DNA of 64,000 nucleotides from assembly GCA_963703345.1 (NCBI GenBank), contig OY969814.1:864001-928000 (forward strand). The letters run 5' to 3'. Below are positions 19,148-28,880 of this stretch, piece by piece (positions within the stretch are counted from its first letter, which is position 1; each line of letters starts with the position of its first letter). Source of the stretch: an uncultured Chloroflexia bacterium (GTDB taxonomy: Bacteria > Chloroflexota > Dehalococcoidia > DSTF01 > JALHUB01). The translations under genes and the position numbers were made by a program. Below the pieces are notes generated by a model. The model made no database searches. It saw only the letters and a list, made by a program, of their open reading frames with translations, and was not told where the DNA came from.

Positions 19148-20069
19148 ATGACCGGCAACGTGGCGTCCGCGCCGGAGCGGAGGCGGCCCCTCATCGTCGA
19201 CGTGCGCCACAACTCGCTCGACGACGGCCCGGGCGTTCGCACGACTATCTTCTTCAAAGGCTGCCCGCTGGCCTGTGTCTGGTGCCATAACCCAGAGGCT
19301 ATCTCGTCCGCGCCTGAGATAGCCTTCATGGAGAAGGGCTGCATTGTCTGCGGCGACTGCCAGCCGGTCTGCGAGGCGCGGGCGCTCGGTCCCGGCCCGG
19401 CCGTCGCCTTCGATCGCTCGCGCTGCAACCTCTGCGGCGCTTGCGTCGAACGTGTGTCCCACGGGCGCCCTCAAGCGGGTGGGACGCCACTGGGAGATCG
19501 ACGACCTTCTGGCGGACCTCCTCCGCGACGAGCCTTTCTATCGAAACTCCGGCGGCGGCGTCACCCTCTCCGGCGGCGAAGCGACGATGTTCCCACGCTA
19601 CGCCGAAGAGCTGCTGGCGCGTCTTCACGAAGCGGGCGTACACACGCTCATCGAGACCTGCGGGCTCTTCCGGCTGGAGACGTTCCGCGAGCGCCTCCTC
19701 CCGCATCTCGACCAGGTGTACTACGACGTCAAGTTCGTAGACGAAGGGCTGCACCGGCGCTACGCCGGCCGGCCCAACGGCATTATCCTGGCGAACCTGG
19801 AAGCGCTGGCCAGCATCGCGCCCGGCCGAGTGCTGCCGCGCGTGCCGCTGGTCCCCGGCCTGACCGCCGACCTGGACAACCTGCGCGCTATCGGGCTCTT
19901 CCTGCATCGCCTGGGCTTCGCGGAGGCGCGCTTGCTGCCCTACAACCCGCTTTGGGCGGAGAAGGCGGCGAGCGTCGGGCGGGAGAGCGGCTACCGCCAC
20001 GATGGATGGCTTGCTCGCGAGGAGCAGGCGGCCTGCGAGAGTGCTTTCTTCGAAGCGCTACGCGGCTAA
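19148..20069 (+). CDS. Glycyl-radical activating enzyme (radical SAM, 2x[4Fe-4S] insert); +1 frameshift near 19450
   Basis: DDGPGVRTTIFFKGCPLACVWCHNPE and CIVCGDCQPVC. Removing one A at 19449-19450 gives CNLCGACVDVCP, followed by GGGVTLSGGEA and LLPYN. Confidence 0.9.
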
Positions 20070-20228
20070 CGGGCGACGCGACCCGACCGTCATCGGCTTC
20101 CCGTTGCGACGGCTGTAGCGCCGCGCCGCGCGCCAACCTTCATCCTTTTTTCACAGCCAGGGAGAGTCGCTTCACGCCCTTCGCACTCTGGCGCCGCAAA
20201 CTGACGATTATGAGGAGCGTCGGGTGGT

Positions 20229-21128
20229 TTGGCGCTCGCGTTGGGAGATGCCGGAGAGGGAGGACGGTCCGTGGAGCTGGGAAGGCCGCCATTACAGCAA
20301 TTCAGGCTGCCCTTGCTCAACCGGGCCTGGTTCCAGGTCCTCGTCACGGGCGCCGCTCTCTTCTTCATCGTCCAGGCTGCATTTCGGGCGACTGACAATC
20401 CAAGCTTCCTGCCGACGCTCCTCGTCCTCGGCGGCTTCGTCGTCCCGGCAAGCTTCGTCCTCTACGTCTACGAGCGGGAGCCTGTGGACGACCTGCCGCT
20501 GCCGACGATTGCTGTCTGCTTTCTCTGGGGCGGCGTCGTCGCCACCGTCGCGGCGGGTGTCCTCGAGTATCAGACGCTGCGGGCGCTTGGGCCGCTGCAG
20601 CTCTTCGGCGTCGGCTTCATCGAGGAAGTGACGAAGCTTTTCCTGCCGCTGATCCTGTTCGTCGGCTGGCGCTATCGGACCCAGGCGCACGGCCTCGTCT
20701 TCGGCGTTGCGGCCGGGATGGGCTTCGCGGCGCTGGAAAGCATGGGATACGGCTTCGTCGCGCTCGGGCAGTCGCAGGGGAACGTGAGCGACGCGGTTTC
20801 CGTGCTGCTGGTCCGCGGCCTGCTCTCACCCGCCGCTCACGCGGCCTGGACGGGGCTGGTCTGCGCCGTGCTGTGGCGGGAGCGTCAGAAAGCCGGCCAT
20901 TTCGCCCTCAACTTCCCGGTCGTCGGCGCGTTCGCCCTGGCTGTCATCCTTCATGCCCTCTGGGACTTCTTCGACAGCTTGACCGGTTTCACTTTCATCG
21001 GCGCCGCCGGCATAGAGCTCCTTAGCGCAACCGTCGCGCTGGCAAGCCTGAGGTTCCTCTTCCAGATGGTCAGCGAAGCGGCGCGGAACGGTCGCCCCGT
21101 CAACGGGATGTCGGGTGCGATAAGCTGA
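20229..21128 (+). CDS. PrsW family intramembrane glutamic/metalloprotease
   Basis: GFIEEVTK, GFAALES, HAAWT, LHALWD motifs. Confidence 0.85.
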   Translation: MALALGDAGEGGRSVELGRPPLQQFRLPLLNRAWFQVLVTGAALFFIVQAAFRATDNPSFLPTLLVLGGFVVPASFVLYVYEREPVDDLPLPTIAVCFLWGGVVATVAAGVLEYQTLRALGPLQLFGVGFIEEVTKLFLPLILFVGWRYRTQAHGLVFGVAAGMGFAALESMGYGFVALGQSQGNVSDAVSVLLVRGLLSPAAHAAWTGLVCAVLWRERQKAGHFALNFPVVGAFALAVILHALWDFFDSLTGFTFIGAAGIELLSATVALASLRFLFQMVSEAARNGRPVNGMSGAIS

Positions 21129-21279
21129 TCTTCCGTTCCTCCGGCTCGGCAGAAGGTAAGCGTTTGCGCTGGGCGTTGCCGTTGCGGCGCCGCTAGGATC
21201 GGTTGGCGCGAGCGTCGTGCGCGCCGGACTGCTCTAGGGAATTGCTGCGGCGGTTGCGGTGGGACTGGGGGGCGTCCGC

Positions 21280-21666
21280 TCAGGCGGGACGTTGATGATA
21301 AGGGACGTGGCGCGCGCCGCCGCGAGGCCAGGCTTCCATGCGCAGGCAGGGGCCGATCCGCGTCGAAACGCCGTCGGAGCTGGTGAGCAGATCGCCGTTG
21401 CGATTGTAGAGGCGGTAGCAGATGTTCTCGCCGATCTTCGCCGGCAGCTCCAGGAGAAGCTCGCCGTCCGCCGCCTGGACCCGGACACCTTCGGGAAAGC
21501 CCGCGGCCTCGCCTGATTCAGCGATGGAATGGCCGGCGGAGTCGTAAAGGTGGAACGTGACGCGCAGGCGGCCTTCCTCGTCGGAGCCGATGCGCAGGAT
21601 CAGCTCTCCGGTCGGCCCGTCGAGGAAAGAGATTGACGTTCCGGGGTGCCTCAACTCAAGCCTCAT
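21280..21666 (-). CDS. Hypothetical protein with internal duplication
   Basis: RBS AGGAG; two similar halves (GELILRI..HLYDSAG / GELLLEL..RLYNRNG). Confidence 0.6.
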   Translation of the reverse strand: MRLELRHPGTSISFLDGPTGELILRIGSDEEGRLRVTFHLYDSAGHSIAESGEAAGFPEGVRVQAADGELLLELPAKIGENICYRLYNRNGDLLTSSDGVSTRIGPCLRMEAWPRGGARHVPYHQRPA

Positions 21667-21711
21667 GAACCTTCTCCTATCCGGATGGATTCGATTACAA
21701 AGCGGATAACC

Positions 21712-22005
21712 CTAGCGTCCCCGCCGTGAACCCCGTCCACCCCGGCCGCCGTGTCGTCTGCCGCCCGCCGACGAGGTGTCCACCACTACGTCCATGAGCC
21801 GGCCTCTGAGCTCGACGCCTCTCAGCGCGTTCAACGCTTTGGCCGCCGCTTCCTGGTCGAGCTCGACAAAGGCGTAACCGCGGGCCCGGCCGGCCCTGTC
21901 GCGGGCGACTCGTAGCGAGCCGATTTCGCCGAAAGGCGAAAAAACGGCCTGGAGGTCGCTGGCGGTGGCTTCCGGGGACAGATTGCCGACGTACAGAGTA
22001 GTCAA
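21712..22005 (-). CDS. RRM RNA-binding protein
   Basis: RNP2 LYVGNL, RNP1 RGYAFVEL, RGG-rich tail; TTG start with RBS. Confidence 0.9.
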   Translation of the reverse strand: MTTLYVGNLSPEATASDLQAVFSPFGEIGSLRVARDRAGRARGYAFVELDQEAAAKALNALRGVELRGRLMDVVVDTSSAGGRRHGGRGGRGSRRGR

Positions 22006-22103
22006 CTGCTTTCCTCCGCAGCCATGTCAGCCCCGGGCGGGCTAAGTTAACTCGCCTGCGCCCTAACGTATCAGAGCGCAGGTACGAGTCAGTGGAGTCG
22101 GTC

Positions 22104-22424
22104 CTAGTAGCGGCCGCGTGACGGCGTGCGCTGCGAAAAGCAGTCGCGGCAGTAAACGGGGCGGTCTCCGCGCGGCTCGAACGGGACCTCAGCGGTCTTG
22201 CCGCACTGGGCGCAGACGGCGGAAAACATCTGGCGCGGAGATGATCCGTAGCCGCCGCCGCCGCGACCTTCGCCGCGCTCCGACTTTCGCGCTGATCGGC
22301 AGGAGGTGCACCGCTTCGGCTCGTTCGTAAAGCCGCGGCTGGCGTGGTATTCCTGGTCCTCCGCTGAGAACGTGAACTGGGCGCCGCAATCGACGCAGGT
22401 TAGGGTTTTGTCTGTGTAAGACAC
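22104..22424 (-). CDS. Zinc-ribbon / CxxC-x17-CxxC domain protein
   Basis: DKTLTCVDCG..F.FS..DQ, NEPKRCTSCR, CAQCG..AEVPFEPRGDRPVYCRDCF. Confidence 0.9.
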   Translation of the reverse strand: MSYTDKTLTCVDCGAQFTFSAEDQEYHASRGFTNEPKRCTSCRSARKSERGEGRGGGGYGSSPRQMFSAVCAQCGKTAEVPFEPRGDRPVYCRDCFSQRTPSRGRY

Positions 22425-22525
22425 TCAACGACCTCCTTAGGGTCTGCTATTCCTCAGTCGCCGAGTGCAATACAAGATTGGGGGTCTGCTTGCAGACGAA
22501 GACAAGGACAATTGGCTTGCGATCG

Positions 22526-22534
22526 TAGTATAAC
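22526..22534 (-). promoter_or_regulatory. Extended -10 promoter for the zinc-ribbon/RRM genes
   Basis: Minus strand reads TG-T-TATACT about 100 bp upstream of the GTG start. Confidence 0.55.
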
Positions 22535-22702
22535 ACATAACCGCCCACCGGGCCATGCCGTAGCGGCGCTTGACGCAAGAACATCGCGACGCCCACGATC
22601 GTTGCGCCTCAGGCGCGTCGCTGGCCGGATGCCCCGCGCTGGCCTATACTGAACCCGCCGACGAAGCAGCCCGCTTTGCGGCGAAAGAAAGAGGGGCAGG
22701 CG

Positions 22703-24244
22703 ATGACGGCTATCGTTGCGACGAGCAGGGGGAAGCTTCGGGGCGCCCGCGAAGGCGACCAGGTGGTCTTCAAAGGCATCCCTTACGCGTCGCCCCCGGT
22801 CGGCGAGCTCCGTTTTCGCGCGCCTGCGGAGGCGCCGCCGTGGCAGGGCGTCCGCGAAGCGACAGACTTCGGGCCGCGGGCAATGCAAGTTCCCAGCGAG
22901 GCGCTGGAAGCCCTGCTCGGCCGGCCCGAGGGCCAACCGCCCATCGATGAAGACTGCCTCTATCTCAACGTGCGCACGCCCGCCCTCGACGGCGCCCGGC
23001 GACCCGTGATGGTGTGGGTGCACGGCGGTGGCTTCGCCGTTGGCGCCGGCTCCGACCCCCTTTACCACGGCAGCGCCCTCATCGACCGCGGCGTCGTGCT
23101 GGTTACCATCAACTACCGCCTTGGGCCGTTTGGCTTCCTTTACGCCCCGGACTTCGCCTCCGCGCCGGATGATCCTTGCGCCAACTTCGGCCTCCTCGAC
23201 CAGATCGCGGCGCTGAAGTGGGTGCGGTCCGAGATAGCGGCGTTCGGTGGCGACCCCGAGAACGTCACCGTCTTCGGCGAGTCCGCCGGCGCCATGAGCA
23301 TCGGCGCGGTCCTCTCCTCGCCGCTCGCCGCCGGGCTCTTCGACAAGGCGATCCTCCAGAGCGGCGCCGCGCACCAGGTTCTGAGCACAGACACGGCCGC
23401 CGCCAACGCCGCCGCTTTCGCCGAAGCCCTGGGCTCCCCCGCGCTCGACGCCTCCCTTCGCTCTCGACCCGTGAGCGAGCTGCTGGCCGCGCAGGCGAAG
23501 CTGGGGGGGGGCGAGGGTTGGACCAGACGCCGCGCGGTCGGGCTCGGGCTGCTCTACCAACCGGTAATTGACCGACGCGTCATCCCCGGGCCACCGATAG
23601 AGGCGATTCGAAAGGGCTTCTCCAGCGGTGTCCCCATCCTCATCGGGACCACGCTTGATGAGTTCAAGCTTTTCGCCGCCATGGCGCCGCACCTGAGGGA
23701 TGCTTCCGAAGAACAGGCGGTGAAACGCGTCTCGCGACTGCTCCCGGGCGGCGAACTAGAGCGCGCCCGCTCACTGCTCGATGTCTATCGCCGCGAACGG
23801 ACCGCCCGAGGCCAAGAGACGTCTGCTTACGAGCTCTTCTGCTCGATCGCGACCGACTGGCTCTTCCGCGTGCCGGCCGACCGCCTGGCCGAGGCGCAGT
23901 CGGCGCACAACCGGCGCGTCTTCTCCTACCGGCTCGACTGGCCCTCGCCCCTCGGCGACGGCATCCTCGGCGCCTGCCACGCCATCGACCTGCCGTTCGT
24001 CTTCGGGACGCAGCGCCTGGCGCGACGCTGGGTCGGAAAGGGAGAGGAGTTGGATGCGCTGGCCGCGAAGATTGGCGACGCCTGGGTCGCCTTCGCGAGG
24101 ACCGGCGACCCTGGTACACCGTCCCTGCCCTGGCCGCCGTTCGAGGCGAAGGAGCGGCGGACGCTCATCCTCGACCGCGAGTGCCACGTCGAGAGCCGCC
24201 CGCGCGAGGCGGAGCGACGCTGCTGGGACGGCGCTATCCCTTGA
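22703..24244 (+). CDS. Carboxylesterase type B (PnbA-like)
   Basis: FKGIPYA, EDCLYLNV, VHGGGF, NYRLG, GESAG nucleophile elbow, catalytic Glu (DEF) and His (ACHAIDL). Confidence 0.92.
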   Translation: MTAIVATSRGKLRGAREGDQVVFKGIPYASPPVGELRFRAPAEAPPWQGVREATDFGPRAMQVPSEALEALLGRPEGQPPIDEDCLYLNVRTPALDGARRPVMVWVHGGGFAVGAGSDPLYHGSALIDRGVVLVTINYRLGPFGFLYAPDFASAPDDPCANFGLLDQIAALKWVRSEIAAFGGDPENVTVFGESAGAMSIGAVLSSPLAAGLFDKAILQSGAAHQVLSTDTAAANAAAFAEALGSPALDASLRSRPVSELLAAQAKLGGGEGWTRRRAVGLGLLYQPVIDRRVIPGPPIEAIRKGFSSGVPILIGTTLDEFKLFAAMAPHLRDASEEQAVKRVSRLLPGGELERARSLLDVYRRERTARGQETSAYELFCSIATDWLFRVPADRLAEAQSAHNRRVFSYRLDWPSPLGDGILGACHAIDLPFVFGTQRLARRWVGKGEELDALAAKIGDAWVAFARTGDPGTPSLPWPPFEAKERRTLILDRECHVESRPREAERRCWDGAIP

Positions 24245-24253
24245 AAGACCGCG

Positions 24254-27245
24254 CTAACGCTTCCGTTGGCGCGCCAGCACCAGCCCCACGTGGTCCAGCA
24301 ACTGCTGCGGCGAGAACGGCTTCTCCAGCCACGTCGTCCCGCCGAACTCGCGGCCGCGCACAACGTCCTCGCGGTTCTGCGTCGCGGTGATGAAGGCGAC
24401 CGGCGTCTGGGAGAACCTTCGTATCTCCTCCAGCACCTCCAGGCCGCTCATGCCCGGCATCCGCATGTCGAGAAGGACGATCTCCGGTGTGTGGAAGCGC
24501 ACCAGCTCCGCCGCCGCCAGCGGATCGCTCGTTCAACACGACCTCGCAGCCGGCGCTTCGCAGGCAGTGCTCGATGTAGTGCAGAATGTCCGGCTCATCG
24601 TCGACAGCGACGACGCGGACGGGCTTGGCGTGGACGCCGCGGGCCGCCCGCTGCCGTCCGGCGCCCCTCTCCTCGCGCGCTGTCTTCGCCCGGCCGGCGA
24701 TGGCGGGCAGCGTGAAGGCGAAGACCGTCCCCTTCCCCCTGCCTGCGCTCTCCGCCCAGATGCGACCGCCGTGCGCCTCGACGATACCCTTGCAGATGAA
24801 CAGGCCGAGCCCCGTCCCTTTCACGCCCCTCTCCTGCACCCGGACGAACTTCTGGAATAGAAGCGGCATCTTGTCGGCGGGGATGCCGACGCCGGCGTCG
24901 CGCACGCGGACCGTCACTTCTCCTTTGGCGCTCTCCGCAGTAACGATGATCGGCGCCGTGGGCGCGGAGTACTTCGCCGCGTTGGTGAAGAGATTGGTCA
25001 GCACCTGGACAATGCGGCGGCCGTCGGCCCGCAGCGCCGGCAGCTTAGCCGGCAGCATCACCTCCAGCGGGTGCGGGTACTGACTGTGCTCGAAGATCAC
25101 TCTCGCCTCTTCCACGGTGGTCGCCAGGTCCGCCGCGCCCGGCTCTATCGAAAGGCGCCCCGCTTCGATGCGCGTCACGTCTAGCAGGTTGGCGACGAGA
25201 TCGGTTAGGCGGTTCGCCTGCGCGTCGATGATGTCGAACAGCTCGCGCGTCTCGACGGCGTCCGGCGGTATCGGCGCGGAAAGCGCCATGGAGGCGCACC
25301 CTTTGATAGCCGTCAGCGGCGTCTTCAGCTCGTGGCTCACCTCGCCCAGGAACTCGCTGCGTGTCTGCTCCAGCTCGGCTTCCAGCCGCTTGCGCGCCGA
25401 GATGTCCTGCTTGATGGCGATGAAGCGGCTGACGACGCGGTTGTCGTCGAGCACCGGCGTGATCGTCATCTCCTCCGTGTAGAAGCTGCCGTCCTTGCGC
25501 TTGTTGACGATTTCGCCCTGCCAAACGCGACCGGCCAGGATCGTGTTCCACAGCTTTTCGTAGAACGCCTGGTCGTGCCGGCCGGACTTGAGGACGCGCG
25601 GGTTCTGGCCTATCGCTTCGGCGGCGCTGTAGCCGGTAAGACGGGTAAAGGCGGGATTGACCCACTGGATCGTCCCGTCGCTGTCCGTGATGACGATGCC
25701 GTTGGCGGCGGCTTGCAGCGCGTTCGCCTGCAACCGCAATGCCTCCTCAGTGTTTACGCGCCGCGTCACGTTCCTGAAGTAACCGACGAGCCCGCTCACC
25801 CGGCCTTCGGAGTCATATGTCGGCACGTACGAACCTTCGAAGTACTCCGTACTTCCCTCGCGAGAAGCGAGGGGAGTAAAAACGTACTCGGGATTCCCCG
25901 TCTCAAGCACTCTCCTTTTGACTGTCGTGATCGTGGCCGCGTCCTCCGCGGACAGGAAGTCGAAATCCGTCTTGCCGATCATGTCGTCCAACGTGAGGCC
26001 CAGTTGGGGATTCAGCACCCAGGTGTACCGCAGCTCCTTATCCTGAACCAGGATGTGGTCCGGCGTGTGGGTGGCGATGACTTTGAACCTCTCCTCGCTC
26101 TCGCGCAGCGCCTCTTCCGCCCGCTTGCGCTCCGTCACGTTGACGTTGACGCCGAAGACACGAACAGGCCTGCCTGAGTCGTCGTAGGTCGCGCTGCCCT
26201 TGGCATTGACCCAGCGGACCTCGCTGGAGCCACGCAGAATGCGGAACTCCAAATCGAAGGACTCGTGGCGGGCCAACGCCTGATCCCTCTCGGCCTCGAT
26301 TCGTTCAATGTCGTCTGGATGCGCGAAGCTTCGCCAGTCGTCGTAGGTCTTGATGGTGCCGGGGGCAAGCCCGTATATCTCGTTGAGCTCCGGCGTGAAA
26401 GTGAAGACATCCCTGCCGAGATCCCAGTCCCAGGCCCATACCTTGGCGCCGCTTTGCGCCAGCCTCAGCCGCTCCTCGCTCTCGCGCAGCGCCTCCTCCG
26501 CCCGCTTCCGCACGGTGATATCCCGGCCGTAGATATTGGCATAGCCGGCGTTGGCCACCGGCACGACGCCGAGGGACCAGATTCGCCCGCCTAGCTCGAC
26601 ATCGACGGCGATCTCTTTCGGTTTCCGCCTTTTGAGCGCTTCGGCGACGAGCAAGCGCAGCGTTTCGGGCGCCATCTCACCCACGGCGCAGCCCCAATCC
26701 TCCAGCAGCGCCCGGCTTGCCTGGTTGGCGTACATGAGCACGCCGTGCTGGCTGACCCGCAAGACGGGGTTGGGGTTTTCGCCGGGGAACCTGGCCAGGC
26801 TCTCGATCTCCGTCTGGGCCCGCTTGCGGTCGCTGATGTCGCGGATCATGGCCTGGACGGCGAGTTCGCCGCCGTACTTGACGGGTGAAGAGATGACCTC
26901 AACCGGCACCTGCCGCCCGTCCAGCCGGATGATAGATGTTTCTCGCAGGGGTACCTTCTGGCCGGCCATGAGAGTGCGGACGCGCTTCTGGAGCTCATTC
27001 GCGTGGTTGGGGTTGGCGAGCTCCAAGATATTGCGTGTCGCCAGCTCCTCGAAGCTACCCGCGCCGTAGAGGTCAATGGCGGCGGGATTAGCGTAGAGGA
27101 CGTTGCCATCGCGGTGCACGAGTATAGCGTCCTGGGCCGAATCGAGAAGCGAGCGGTAGAACTCCCCGCTCTCGGGCAGCGCGGGGGCGCTTTTCGCTGC
27201 GCGGCGTCTTGGTGCTTTGTCGCGGTCGGATTGCTTAGCGCACAT
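24254..27245 (-). CDS. Multi-PAS hybrid sensor histidine kinase with C-terminal receiver; +1 frameshift near 24533
   Basis: Several PAS/PAC units, VSHELKTPLT H-box, N/G1/F/G2 boxes, VDDEP receiver start. The receiver continues in another frame (LLDMRMPGMSG, KPF). Confidence 0.88.
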
Positions 27246-27487
27246 CGGCTGACCTCATTCTCTCAGGGATCGGCTGGTGTAATGCTCAAGGGGACGCGCA
27301 GAAGGCATCGGGAGCGGGAACAGCGCCTTTGACTGCTGGGCAAGCTGCATCGATCCATTATATCAAAGCTCGAAGTCGGCGAACGGTCCGCGACCCTCTA
27401 TTTGAAGTGTCGCACCGGCGTTCGTTGACCGCTTCCGGCGCGGGCGGTAGATTGGTTTGGGGGAGCGGCACGTTGGAGGCGACTGCG

Positions 27488-28786
27488 ATGAAACGGCTCG
27501 GATTGTGCGTACCTGTGGCCTTCCTTCTGGTGGCGGGCCTCTTCCTGACGGCCTGTGGCGGCGGTGAGGACGTGTCGGGTTCGGCGGACGGCGCTGCGCC
27601 CGGCGTCACCGACAGCGAGATCGTACTCGGCACGCACCTGCCCCTGAGCGGCTCGCCGGCGGCCGCTTATGGCGTCATCGCCGAGGGCATGAGCGCCTAC
27701 TTCGACTACGTCAACTCGCTGGGCGGCGTCTACGGCCGGAAGATCAAGCTGATCATCGGGGACGACCACTTCAGCCCGCCGGACGCCATGGAGGTGGTAC
27801 GGAACCAGGTCGAGCAGCAGCACGTGCTTGCCATCGTCGGCGGTGTGGGCGATCAGACGGAGCTGGCCGTCATGAAGTACCTTGAAGACAAGGGCGTTCC
27901 GGACATGTTCATCGGCGGCGGCCTTCCGATCTTCACGGATCCGGTCGTGCGGACGCGCTTCACGATGGAGACGGACTACGTGACCGAGACGAAGATAATG
28001 GGCGATTTCGTGGACAGGAACTTCACCGGCAGGCGCGAGGGCATTCTCTATGAAAACGATGAGGGCGGCCTTACCGGCGTGTCAGCGGTGGAGGCGCTGC
28101 TGAAGGACAAGGGCAGCGACATTCAGATTGTTTCTAAGCAGGCATACGACCCTACCGCGGCGGACGTGACGGCTCAGATGGAGCGGCTGAAGGCGGATAA
28201 TCCGGACTTCGTCGTCCTGATGGCGAACGCGGGCGCCGCCGCCAACGCCATCAAAGTCAGCCGCGAGGTGCTGAACTGGAACGTGCCCTTCATCACCAGC
28301 GCGGTCTCTGCCGTCGAAGCGACGATAGCCCTGGCGGGACCGGCGAACATCGAGGGGACTATCAGCATGACGACCGGCAAGATGATCTCCGAGACGAACG
28401 ACGCCGGCGTGCAACGCCACATTGAGTTGATGAAGGAATTCGCCCCAAGCGTCCAGCCGAGCGGTCTCACGGAGTACGGCATGGCGGTCGCGGAGTTGAC
28501 CGTCGAGGCGCTGAAGAACGCCGGCCCAAACCTGACTCGCGACAGCCTCATCACGGGGGCGGAGAGCATCCGCGATTACTGCGGCCTCCTCGGCCTCGGC
28601 CCCGTCAACCTCAGCCCGACGGACCACCGCGTGGCAGAGGGCGGGTGGCCGGAGAAGGTGATCGACGGCAAGTGGGTGCGCATCGACGCGCCCTCGAACT
28701 ACGAATCGACGCCCGGCAAGGTGTACGCCTGCACGGGAGAGGGCCAGCCGATCTACAAAGCCACCAGTACTCCCGATTCTCCCTGA
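27488..28786 (+). CDS. ABC transporter substrate-binding lipoprotein (LivJ/LivK-like fold)
   Basis: Lipobox LTAC; GVTDSEIVLG, PLSG, GGVYGRKI..DD. Confidence 0.85.
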   Translation: MKRLGLCVPVAFLLVAGLFLTACGGGEDVSGSADGAAPGVTDSEIVLGTHLPLSGSPAAAYGVIAEGMSAYFDYVNSLGGVYGRKIKLIIGDDHFSPPDAMEVVRNQVEQQHVLAIVGGVGDQTELAVMKYLEDKGVPDMFIGGGLPIFTDPVVRTRFTMETDYVTETKIMGDFVDRNFTGRREGILYENDEGGLTGVSAVEALLKDKGSDIQIVSKQAYDPTAADVTAQMERLKADNPDFVVLMANAGAAANAIKVSREVLNWNVPFITSAVSAVEATIALAGPANIEGTISMTTGKMISETNDAGVQRHIELMKEFAPSVQPSGLTEYGMAVAELTVEALKNAGPNLTRDSLITGAESIRDYCGLLGLGPVNLSPTDHRVAEGGWPEKVIDGKWVRIDAPSNYESTPGKVYACTGEGQPIYKATSTPDSP

Positions 28787-28880
28787 AGAAGATCTTGCCC
28801 GCCGGTTGAACATCCAAACGGTGGCAAGTACCATTATCTAAGCAACTAGAATCCTAGAGAGAGGTCACCGCGTCCCTCAC

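Noticed and set aside
19440-19460. Programmed ribosomal frameshifting in the activase, gnd, kinase or nuo genes
   Set aside because: No slippery heptamers or shared context; scattered single extra bases fit sequencing error better.
23503-23511. G9 homopolymer in the carboxylesterase as a phase-variation tract
   Set aside because: The frame is intact (Leu-Gly-Gly-Gly); it is a single short run in a GC-rich cytoplasmic enzyme gene with no other support.
26091-26510. ~39-bp direct repeat inside the PAS kinase
   Set aside because: It encodes the standard RKRAEEALRESEER inter-PAS linker, an ordinary domain duplication.
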